Part shown: piece after piece, positions 24,590-37,600 of the stretch | How the letters are laid out: each line of letters opens with the position of its first letter | Numbering within the stretch: position 1 is the first letter of the stretch | Assembly: GCA_964035545.1 (NCBI GenBank) | Contig: OZ037770.1 | Span: 7,756,973-7,820,972 of the forward strand | DNA length: 64,000 nucleotides | Reading direction: 5' to 3' | From: Bugula neritina | Lineage: Eukaryota; Animalia; Bryozoa | Notes under the pieces: generated by a model | Told to the model about the DNA's origin: nothing | Databases searched by the model: none | Seen by the model: only the letters and a program-made list of their open reading frames with translations | Made by a program: the position numbers and the translations under genes

Positions 24590-25120
24590 TTTTTCTCCCT
24601 TATATTTTCTGCAGCCTCTGGGTTCTAGAATCATACGAGTAATTTCTTTTTAGACATCTTCACTCTTGTTCCTTCACGCTCTTTCCATCACCTAATCATC
24701 TTAATTCGTCTTTTCTCTTTGGCTTAATCTTTTTTCTTAATTTGTCTTCTTGGCTTGTTTTTTTTGCATGGCACTGTGTGTTCATACACAAGCAATCGAT
24801 GTTGGGTTGCCACTGTCTCTCCAGGTATGACCTTAAAGTTCTTCAAACTAAATCTAGTTGCGTCCTTCTCATCATAGCATAGTCGATCACTGTCGGATTT
24901 TCTTCATTTTTGGAGGTAACCAATTCTCCTTATCCTAAGTAAAGAAAGCAATCATGATAATCGCCATATAATGTCCGGGCCAACCTTAGTATCCAATTAC
25001 CTTCGTCAAGTATCCAGGCCACCCTTTGAATACACAATGCTTTTTACTTACATACCCATTTAATTTCCTACCACTACCATCTCCGAATTATCAGGTATGA
25101 GTGTTGGAACAGGGCAAATT
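24590..25120 (-). mobile_element. Decayed RTE-clade LINE fragment (APE endonuclease region)
   Basis: Minus-strand remnants KNFKVIPGETVATQHRLLV (~24790-24850) and EMVVVG.LNGYV (~25050-25085) match the KV.PGE....QHRLLV and GD.NGHVG motifs typical of RTE endonucleases; the frames are broken. Confidence 0.75.
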
Positions 25121-27448
25121 GGCGTATGAAGCAATTCTTTGTTCATTTTTTCTTTTCTACATTATTATTATAGAACATCCGGCTAACTGATCAGGACATG
25201 CCAATGAAAGGTGAATACTAATATTATAGAGTATATTTTTTAAAGCATACACATCGCAAGTACAATTTGAACCACATACTCTTCATGGTAAAACAGTGCT
25301 AAGCAGTAAAACATTTTCAAGCCTTTTTAATTCTTACTATTTAAATAAGTGGACAGCCTGAAATCTAAAACTAGAGCCTACATGATTGGATTGAAGTTAG
25401 GAGCAGCCTCCGCCAGTCATAGTTTGAGTGAGAGCAAAACTTTAACTTTTATACTTTAAGTAACCCCTTTGATTGGGGGACTACATAATTTATTTCTAAA
25501 ACCTAAAGTAAATATAAGGGCCATAAAATGTCCCTATATGTTTGTTGACAAACATTAATTACCAATTCACTAACTTGTGTAATGGAAAAAGCCACAGCTC
25601 TACAACAGGCTACAGCCGAACTTCTATTAAGACTTAGCTATAACCTAGTTGATAAGTTAATGAGAAGAACATAAACAACTCATAGATGATAGAAAACATT
25701 AGGCTTAGCTAAAGATCTAAGCTTAAGGCCATAATTTAAATTTATTCAATTTCATGCTGTAGTCGTGAAAGATCTGTCAGGACGCAGAAATAGATGTTAC
25801 TGTCAGTTCTCTCTTTTATTTTACATCTCAACAAATTGAGTGTTGATTAGGCAATTTGAATTTACTTGTTCAATATTAATGAAAATTATTCAGTTTGATT
25901 TCAATCGGTGATAAAAATAATAATATCTAAACTTAATTATTTAATTTTATGATTATCATTATGGTAAACTTGAAGTAATACTAATAGTAATAGTAATAGT
26001 ATTTAAGTTTGCAATAGCCATGGACTCATACTTACTCTTACGACTTACAGTCTTAGTCTTACATTTGAGTACCAGTATGACTTTGAGTATCACTATCAGT
26101 ACGAGTATGACATCGACTATCGGTATCACTATAAGTATGAGTCCTACTCATTGAGTATGAGTATGAGTTAGAGTACCAGTATCAGTATAACTATAAGTAT
26201 AAGTATTACTTTACTATGAGACTGAGTAGAGAGATCAAACACATTTTTATTTTGATTTTCATTTTGAATTGTTATTGTTAATATCTAGAGCCTGAACAAA
26301 TATTAATTATTTTTGATTTAAACGCAAAATAAAAGCAAAATAAAACATAACATAAAATATTACTAAAGGCTTTTTTTATTTATACTTAACAGTCTCGTTG
26401 CAAACTCAAATAGAAATGCCAATGTTGTAATTCAAATTGTCTACTATAAAATTTAAACTTGAACTTTCGCGGAATCGCGGTTTAATGCTTAGCTAAGAAA
26501 CATTGCTACTTATTTAGAAGAGTTATTATAAGTTACGATTGTTTCAATCGTGCATTCACAACCTAAAATTAGGTTCTCAGTCTAAAATAGTGAGCAAGGT
26601 GCGAACCACTGAAGTAGAATTCGAACTATCGGTATGACACATTTTATTCTCTACTGGTGCGAATACTGTAGCTGTGTCAAACATTCGGAAAAGACAGTGT
26701 TGTAATGGGATTCATAAGTATGTGTATTTGTCTTCTCTTGTTGTTGCATGTGTGTGGGGTGCGCAACTCTAAGTTTGACATTAATATTGGACATAGTGTG
26801 GGTGTGGCTTGTGTGAGTGTTGTAGCTATATAACCTAGTGTAAATGGTACAATGGGGATACTTTAGATTGGTTGAAGAACGATTGAGGATATTTATATAG
26901 AATGTATGCGACCCAATTAGAATGTGTTAGAGTACGTTAGTGAGTGCTAGCCCACGATCATAGACTGAGGAGCACCACCAGCCAACTACTCTAACCCGAA
27001 GTCTCAACTTCACCCCTACGGACGGACGGGAGCTGGAGTTACCTTGCAGCCAAGCCATTAACCCGTAACTGTACACTGACCCCAAGCTTACCCCATGGCT
27101 ACAATATGTATATTATTCGGTGAGTTTACGTTACTCAAAATTAGCAAAATCTCACCACAACAACAGTCCTAAAATTTCAAGCCATGACTCCATAAAATAG
27201 TAATCATGTCATCACTGTATTCTAGCATTAAGAACCCAGCGACTAGAAACTAAAGATGTGATGTTGCACAGGTGACGCAGATTTAAAAATTTTTTTTCGA
27301 AATTATTTCAAGACTGCTACCCTTGCCAATACTAATGAGCTGCTTTAGTGGCTGTGGAAAGTATACCCCCACCTCCCACGCATTTAATACCTGCAGCAGA
27401 GGACGTGACATCATATGATATTGTTAAAGTTCCAAGAGGCAATAACTT

Positions 27449-28202
27449 TGTTGGCGATGCTGCAATCCCATGCGGCACCGCACCACTCCTTACGGTGGCG
27501 CTGCTGGAACCCCCACCGGCCAATCAGAGCCAACCCCTTTGGATATAAACAGCACCTTCCGGCGTCCAGCTTCAGCTAGAACATAACTGTCATGTAGACT
27601 AAGATAATATTGTGTAGCTTTTCTATATGCGTATTCTTTTGCAATTGCTGATAACTCTACTTGTATCTAATTAGACTTGAAATATAGATCTTTCACAAAC
27701 GCTAACTACTTCGATTTCTCTGTCAAACCTTATAGTAAGTCACCCAGCAGTGATTTGAGTATGCAAATAATGTATTGGTTGGGGGAAGTACTCCTTCCTA
27801 AACACTTATGTTATTTTATGGTGCAACTAATGTCTCAAAGACGACAACTCCGTTAGCAATGCCGCAGTCCTGTGAGACACCACATCACTCTCTACGGTGA
27901 CCCCGCCGGAACATTACCTTAACCAATCAGGATCAACCCCTCATCTATAAACAATGCCTTCCGGTGCCCACAGCAGTTTAAGTGACAGTAGTTAAGCAAA
28001 TAGGTTAACTTTGTGCAACTGTTACTGATTATGCTCTTTTCTCTTTTCTAATTATATCTGATTTTTATTGTGCGTGATTAACTTACTAATACAGTTCTCC
28101 CGTTAAACTATCAACTAGTTCGGTTCTTCACATAACCCAACAGTGGATATGCAGTAATCACTTGAACACACAATAACACCCACTGGAGACTGCAACGTAA
28201 CA
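27449..28202 (+). mobile_element. Two tandem, diverged solo-LTR-like units (27449-27850, 27851-28202)
   Basis: Related ~130-bp starts (TGTTGGCGATGCTGCAATCC / CGTTAGCAATGCCGCAGTCC), each with CCAATCAG ~20 bp before TATAAACA; the pair is bounded by TGTT...TAACA. Confidence 0.5.
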
Positions 28203-28657
28203 CCTTTTAAAAAGGTAAATTGTTTGGATATAAAAATATTTACAACATTATTTTTTTTATAAAAAATTAACTTGCTCAATTTTTCAGATTTCTGTAGTTT
28301 CACCAATTAACCCACATTCGTTTCATGCACCAACATCGAAAATTTCAGTTTAGATAGCACTATTTAAGACATTATAGGCTTTACAAACTAAACTGCCTCA
28401 AAATGACATGCAAAATCAAGTATTTCATCAATAAAACATAAAAATTACTAGCTAGTAATGTATAAATCAAATAAAGAAACATCTTTGTATACTAATAATT
28501 TATTGAAAATGGAGATATTTTCTTCAAATTTACAAAATAATTACAAAAATGCAGTGTTACTGGTGCAGACTGTATTTAATTCACAAATCAGTATTTACTA
28601 AAAATATAATTAGTACAAACTGATAGCATATAGAGCTAGATAGTGTGATAAAGTTTC

Positions 28658-31600
28658 TCATGTGAGGGGGTCACTGGTGTTTCTGAAGCTAAACGTTCCT
28701 TTCAGAAGTCTGCAGGAGACCATACTGGCAGCGTCTGTAGGCAGCGGGTAGTGACCTTTCTCATCAACATAGAAATGTCTGAGTAAACGTGTTAAGAATA
28801 TAACAGCTATATACTAGTTTATGATATAATAATATGTAGCAGCCATTGTCTAGTGGTTAGAGCACTGGCTTAGTAAACACAAGGACAGAGATGATGGCAG
28901 GAAGGGCATTTAGTCACCATTGCTCTTGTGTTGCAACAGAAAACAAGTTCTTATTCCACTTGAAAAACCTATTCCATCAGGAGTCCTCACAGGGATAGCG
29001 ACTATAAAGTATAAACCCCTGTGAGTTTATGATATATTATCAATATGAAGCAGCTATGGGCTGCTGACCTAGTATGACACATTTATTGGTGATGTCAGCA
29101 GAGGTGCTTCCAATTATAAATGCTTGTGTGACACAAGCCCTTGGACTACTTAAAAACCTGACTATTAGAGGTTGTCACATAAAGTCTAACTAAATGTAGT
29201 TGTTAGACTAGTGTATGGGATATTACATACAGGCACTGTAATGTGATATACATACTCAGAAAGGTGCAAGTGCTATAGCATAATACACAACACAGCAGTA
29301 TACTGTACACCTACTGTAGTATGTTAGAAATACAGCTACAGCAGTATGCTGTGCAGTTACTGTAGTATGCTGTACAGATACTGTAGTATGATGTACAGTA
29401 CTGTAGTATAATGTACAGTTACTGTGGGATGATGTAAAATTACTGTAGTATAATGTACAGTTACTGTGGTATAATGTACAGTACTGTAGTATAATGTACA
29501 GTTACTGTGGTATAATGTACAGTACTGTAGTATGATGTACAGTAACGTAGTAAAATGTACAGCACACAGTAGTCTAATGTACAATACTGTAGTAAAAGTA
29601 GTAAAATATTAACACAAGGATACGGTAAACGCATGACCCAAACTCCATTAGCAGGAAGTTTGATGGGCCCATCATGTGACGGAAGAAACAGTGGACACAG
29701 GGCTGAGGCTGGTTGGATCTTAGGCAATAGACTGACGACCAGGCTGTCTATCTCAGGGGTGCAGACATAAATATGTCGGAGTTGTCCCACACAACCATCA
29801 CTAAAATGGAAAACACATGAATAAAACTAAACAATATCTCCAATATGAGTTGACTTCCATATTTAATAGCCTTGGCCTGTTCAGACAAAGAAGCATAAAA
29901 AAAGTATAACAGACAGACACTCAATAATTAATATATGACAAGACACATATATAATATGTATATGTAGTAGATTATGGAATTAATATATGACAAGACAGCT
30001 ATATAATATGTATATGTAGTAAATTATGGAATTAATATATGACAAGACAGCTATATAATATGTATATGTAGTAGATTATGGAATTAATATATGACAAGAC
30101 AGCTATATAATATGTATATACAGTAGATTATGGAATTAATATATGACAAGACAGCTATATAATATGTATATGCAGCAGATTATGGAATTAATTGGTTCTG
30201 AGAATATAAAGATACTAATTTAATATGCTGACTTTATAAATAATATTTAGTACATTGTAAGTACATCACATGGTTAAATAGTATGAGTGTTAAACTGGGT
30301 TTACAGTCTAAGCACATGGGGCAACAACTTCCAAAAGTGAGATATATGAATAGTGATAGAGATATATGAATATAGTGATAGAGATATATGAATATAGGGA
30401 TAGAGATATATGAATATAGTGATAGAGATATATGAATATAGTGATAGAGATATATGAATATAGGGATAGAGATATATGAATAGAAAGACACTCACTTCTT
30501 AGGACACGGAGTGTACAGAGGCATGTCCATGGTAAGTAATTTGTTTGCATTATCTTTGACAGAGGAGCCCGGAACTTTGATAACCTTGTCTGGTGAGCTG
30601 CACATGAACCTGTGACCTTGCGGACAAGTGTAGGCATCCCCGATGTATATCTTAGCTGTAGTATCCACTACGTCTGCATACAACAGTGAGGCTAACGAGT
30701 TACATGTGAACTAAACAAGATCACATATCTGTTTATTTTTATCGGCTAGAGTTCTACTTAAACTTGATAGAATTTTATTCTTCAACTTGACGGAATTATT
30801 GTTTTTACTGCACATAATTTATTCTACAGTAACCATATTAGATCTTTAGCAATCCAAGTGATTTTACTAATTACTACACATCTAGTAGCCTGTAATCTAT
30901 TGTATGCTTTTGAAACACTGCAACACTGCAGTTGCAATATATGAGAAAATACCATATTATATATCAAATAACAGAGCTAATGCATGAACCAATCAAAACA
31001 AGCCAAGTTTACAAAGGCTCACGTTTCCTGGGCGCCATTTTTTTCCTCTGCTTATATGAAGTCGGTTCTCCAACATGAGGCCAGGCCTGTCCCTTCACTA
31101 TCCCTTTGATAACCACTTCCCACGGCAACAGGAAGTTGGTAGAAGGAAGAAAGCCTGGTTGGTCCAGACCTGAGAATACCATGTATATATTAACATAGAT
31201 ACGCAGCTAGACTAGGTAGTCGTATCATAAAGAGTGGCTGACACACACCACATCTTCCAAGCATCAGTAAAGAAATAAATAAGATTGTCTAACAGCAGTG
31301 ATCACAACCTCACTCTTTAATAATATCGGTTATAGTCAGGTTAGTTAATGGCTGACATCCAGAAAAACATAACGTCTAGAAATCTGAGAAAACCTTCTAA
31401 TAATACAGTCACCAAATAGATTTAGCAAACAGCGTATGAGGAATTAGTCAAACAGGAAACAGAAGTTCTGTGCAGTAATTACATCACAACTTAACTAAGT
31501 GAAAAATATAAATTCCTGTAGTTTATGAATGCCATCTACAATTTATAACTCAAGATTTGCATGATTTTCAGATTATTTGTAAGACACTGTATGCAAATAT

Positions 31601-34600
31601 CACCAGTGTATGACTGTGCAAACCTGTGGCAGGACTATAGCTAGAGTAGGTCCCTAAACAAGTGAGAGCCCAGGAAGGGTAGTCAGGGAGTAGCCCTTTA
31701 GTACTAGTGTTGGTGAGCATGTGGCTGAGGTAGCCATGTTTCTCCTCTATTCCTTCCTCTGTGACTATTTCTAAATGGTCTTCAGGTACCGATACTTCTG
31801 TTTTTGTAACCACATCATGTCTAATGTGTCCTTGACCTGCACAAGTTTAGTCTATTTTAAACATGTACCTGGCCATTAAAAGTTACTCTGACTATATTCT
31901 CACTCTGACTACTCTCACTCTGACTATATTCTCACTTTGAATATACTCTCACTTTGACTATACTCTCACTCTGACTGTACTCTCACTCTGACTATTATAC
32001 TCTCACTCTGACTATACTCTCCCTCTGACTATATTCTCACTCTGAATACATTCTCACTCTTACTGTACTCTCACTCTGACTGTACTCTCACTCTGACTGT
32101 GCTCTCACTCTGACTATGCTCTCACTTTGACTATACTCTCACTCTGACTATATTCTCACTCTGACTGTACTCTCACTCTGACTGTACTCTCACTCTGACT
32201 ATATTCTCACTCTGACTGTACTCTCACTCTGACTATACTCTCACTCTGACTATACTCTCACTCTGACTATACTCTCACTCTGACTGTACTCTCCCTCTGA
32301 CTATATTCTCACTCTGACTATATTCTCACTCTTACTGTATTCTCACTCTGACTATACTCTCACTCTGACTGTACTCTCACTCTGACTGTACTCTCACTCT
32401 GGCTATACTCTCACTCTGACTGTACTCTCACTCTGACTGTACTCTCACTCTGACTATATTTTTACTCTGACTATATTCTCACTCTGACTATATTCTCACT
32501 CTTACCGTACTCTCACTCTGACTGTACTCTCCCTCTGACTATATTCTCACTCTGACTATATTCTCACTCTTACTGTATTCTCACTCTGACTATACTCTCA
32601 CTCTGACTGTACTCTCACTCTGACTGTACTCTCACTCTGGCTATACTCTCACTCTGACTGTACTCTCACTCTGACTGTACTCTCACTCTGACTATATTTT
32701 TACTCTGACTATATTCTCACTCTGACTATATTCTCACTCTTACCGTACTCTCACTCTGACTGTACTCTCACTCTGACTGTACTTTCACTCTGACTATATT
32801 CTTACTCTGACTATATTCTCACTCTGACTATATTTTTACTCTGACTATATTCTCACTCTGACTATATTCTCACTCTTACCGTACTCTCACTCTGACTGTA
32901 CTCTCACTCTGACTATATTCTTACTTTGACTATATTCTCACTCTGACTATACTCTCCCTCTGACTATATTCTCACTCTGACTATATTCTCACTCTGACTA
33001 TATTCTCACTCTTACTGTACTCTCACTCTGACTATATTCTCACTCTGACTGTACTCTCACTCTGACTGTGCTCTCACTCTGACTATACTCTCACTTTGAC
33101 TATACTCTCACTCTGACTATACTCTCACTCTGACTATACTCTCACTCTGACTATACTCTCACTCTGACTATACTCTCACTCTGACTATACTCTCACTCTG
33201 ACTATACTCTCACTCTGACTATACTCTCACTCTGACTATACTCTCACTCTGACTATACTCTCACTCTGACTATACTCTCACTCTGACTATACTCTCACTC
33301 TGACTATACCACCAACTTACTTAGACTGTTGAAATAACTCTGGTGGTCTGACATAGTTGTGAGCTCATCTTCTTCATTCTTCAACTTGCCGATATTTATC
33401 TGAGCCAGTTTATGAACTAAAGCCTAGTATACAGACGAATAAAGTGGAAACACACTAAATAACTTGATAGCATAGTGCATGCCTGCAACAAAACTACCTG
33501 AAACATTAGAAGTTCTTTAATTTTTGTGATTTAGAGCTCACATAAATTAATCTTTGCAAGATCTCCTTTAATTAATTTCAATGGAACTTTCTACTAAAAT
33601 TTCCTAATTACTTTTTTTTAGAAGTGCTCAAATAAGAGCAACTAGATTTCAGTGAACTCCTTATACACATGTAGAGTAACTGCTTCCAATTTCTACATTT
33701 TAACAACTTAAACAAAGGTCTACCCCTCTACCTCATCAGAGTCTTCCTCCTTTTTCTCAGCTTCCACCTTGTCATCTGGTGTTGAAGTAGGCAGGGCAGT
33801 GTGAGAGGGCGTGGCAGAACGAATGGGCGGAGATACGGGAGCAGCAACGTATACAGGAAAGGGAATATTTTGAAGTTTACTGCAACATCCTTTAGACATA
33901 TCTTCATACACCAGGTAGTTGGCCTCCTACAAACACAAGAATCCACTGTAGCAACACAGGGGAAGGTTCAGTACTGCCTGGTGAAACTGTGACTTCAAGG
34001 ATAACATATAGCCAGTTACAGTAATTGTCAAATGAGTAGGGTGTCTGGCCCAGGGATCGAGTTTGTTTACATACCTTAGCAGTGAATGGATCTCCAATAT
34101 TGTTCAGGGTTCTGCCACAGTTACATGCTACAGTGAAGCTGACAGAAGTGCTGTGTTCGCTACATGGCAACTTTTCATTATCTTCTGTGATTGGCTCATT
34201 TGGTAGCCTGTGTAACTAAAGAACAAGGCAATGAGGTTATTTAGTACACAGTCTAGCAACAAGATTCAGTGATGTAAAGCTAGAAGAGAGAGGAAACACA
34301 ACATAGCAACTAACCTGATGTATACAGTGACTGCCAGAGAGACTGCTTGACTCACACAGTCTGTGGCCGTTCTCCCAATACTTAGTACAATCTCTCTTAA
34401 TACGGGCTAGGTAGGTTTGCAGAGCCGGCCCTCTGCCACTTGCAAGCATAACGTGTTGAGCTTTGGCTAACTGTAACAAAAAACAATAAAAGATTTGAGA
34501 ACAGTGCATAATACAACATTTGAGAATTTGGCAAACCTAACTAAAATCATCCAACGTTCCAGAAAGCAGCAGAAAACGTGCTAGAAAATATCTGGCAGCG

Positions 34601-37600
34601 GTACACTCAGAATAGATGAAAAAGAAGTGCTACTTTATGTAGGGTGTCTAGTTGACACATATCTGCACAGAGACAAAGACTCATGAACCACATGCTGAGC
34701 ACAGTTTCACATATATTCATGCTATACAAGTCACCATATAAAGTGTGTTCTAGTGTATATAAACACAGTTTGTCAGTATTATCACTAACTAATAGAGTTA
34801 TTTGTCTCCTATGATATAACAGTATCGCCTGCTTCTCATGACAAGACATATAGTCTAGAAGTAACCTTCCAAAAAGTGCTCAAAAAATTGGCTTATTACA
34901 CTTTACTAGGTGGCCACTCAAAAAAAATTGTTTCTAGATCAGAATTTTGTGCTGATTCTGAATCTACAAACTCTAGAATTCTATTTCTACCCAAACTCAA
35001 GTTATTGCAAAAAAACAAATCGACATTTTGGATGGGTGATAAAAAGAAATGTGGATTGTGCAAAATAGTATCCAATTTTATCAAGCTATCTTGAAAAAAA
35101 AAATTTATTTGCTGAAATATCAAAAATAATTGCCTCTTTTTTAGAATTATATGCTGATACTGAATTTAAAGACTGCAAGACGCTATCTCAAATTAAAACC
35201 AAGTTGTTTATATAAACATATATGTTTGTTATGAATCGACATATTGCATGCGGCATAAGCATGCAGAATAGTTGTATGACCAAGCTATTTATACAAAAAT
35301 AAAAAAATTCATGCTGATGTGTGAAAAAAACTATATTTATAAAATTATAGTACAAAATAAATGTTGAAATAAATAAGTATTGAAATCTTTTGAGCACAGT
35401 CCAAGTGAATCATTTGCTAGTCTGTCAGTATAGCCGTTAAACGTCTGCAAAAATCAACAAGATTCTGTAAAATTATTTAGAGAAACAGAAGCATGAGAGA
35501 TGATCAAAATCAAATTGGTTGCAGCAAAATATATAACAAATGTCTAAAAAAGTACTTTATTATGAAAAAGTATTCTCGCCATCATTGTCACTGCCGTCAG
35601 TCTCATCAGCTTCTTCCCCAATATAGAGCTTCTTTTCAGACAATCCTTACATTGACAAACATCAGTGCATGCACTGCATTTGAGACTTCTGACATCCACA
35701 TCTTGATATGTTGCAGCTGGTCTTACAGGAGCAGTTTAAACTTTGCAATATACATGTTCAGGTGCGGAAGCTTGAATCATCTACTTTATATTTATGCTGC
35801 CATGATTCTCAACAATCTTTTCATAATGTTGTGGGGGTGGTGCATCAATATAGGCTGTTGTCACCCTTCTCCAAATGGCTGCCTGATAATTTGCTTTTTT
35901 TACGTGCAAATTTAATTCATCTTTTGTTGGAGGCAAACTGTTTTAAGTTATTTTAGACGGTTAACAAAATACAGTGTACCGGACATTATCTATATTTGAA
36001 TTTCCTGCTCCATAAAGTTTATAGACAAATAACAAATTGTTCTACTAATTCAGCCGCTGCAATGGCTTACAGCTTAAAATACTTCCTAAGGTGTTCAAAG
36101 CTTCCCATACATTATGGATATTTTCTCAAAAGAGAGTAGGCTATGCGCCATCCTTTTTCATAAGAAGCACTATAGTCCAATAACAACCTGTTAAAGCATG
36201 AAATCCAGTAAGTGCTGCACTCAACTGCAGTCCAGATTTATTTGCTGCAATGTTTACTTCCAAATACCTTATATGATTATGGTTTTCTCCCAGATAGACC
36301 CTGTTTTTATTTTGTTACCATATATATATATATATAATAATATTACCTATATAACTGTTGTATTGATTGCTAAATAGCTAATATGCTAATAGCTATAGCA
36401 GCTAACATGAATTATCTAGAATAATATTATATTATTTTTACGAATTTGTGTGAGGCAAAAAGTAGTAATACATTAATAATAGACACTATCTTTAATGGAT
36501 ACTTATTAACTAAATATTTTTTCAAACAACAGGCAAGATGTATAAAATATACAAAATTACTAGGTTAATGCAAATCAAAGGAATTTATTTATGTGCTAAA
36601 TAACAAGCAATTGATCCAAGTTTATTTAAATATACATATATTTCAATAATATTAAAGGAAGTTGCACATGAAAATACATTTTACCAAAATAAATAACTAG
36701 GGTCTATGTAGGAAATTTAGCCTAGCCTGATCTATCTATAATATAATATACTATAATATATTAATATAATATAATTAGTAAGAAGGTAATGTTTTGCAAA
36801 CAGCGAGACTTGAGATGAAAACATCAGTGTCTTAAGATTTGATTATTACACGTAGGATTATGATGTTCATAAAATACTTTGCATGTAACAAAGTTTGTGT
36901 ACCTGCCTTCTCATGATCTAATTGGAAGCATTTGAGTTCTGCTTTCTTAGGAATTCCACCATGTTTGAAAAATTGTAGCTGAACGCAATTTTTTTGGGTA
37001 TGCAACAACTATAATAACAATATTTTTACTTCATATTTCACACAAAAATGCACCAGTCTCAAATTCAGCTTGTTTTATTTGCTGATAAGAAATTATTATT
37101 TTTGTGACAAATGGCACACATAAAAAAAGTACATGCCTATGATCTTTGAATAAGGCAGCCCAAGATCATTTTGCTAATGGGTGGCCTAAATGTAACCATA
37201 TATATTTTAAATTATAGGGAAGCTTTAGGGTATTCCTTCTGTAACTATAACTGAGCTAAATTGACTCTAGAGTCATTCTATCAAGATAGTATAAAAATAT
37301 CCATTTAATTTAACCAATAGCATTGTTTTAAAAACCAAATTGCTTATTTATATATAGTTCAGCCTAAATTTATTGGCAAAGCTTAATTGCACACGTTTAA
37401 AATATTTTGTTCCGGAGTCCAGATCAACCTGCTCATGCTTTTCATTAATTTTTTTGTAAAAGTAGTTATCATAATAACAATCGTGAAGAAAATCATTATT
37501 AGACACAGATTTACTTATAATTCGGCTTTTTTATAGCCGATCAATAATAATGTTTGCCTTATAACTGAAAAACCCATTCCTTTGCTTGTTTTCGTCCATA

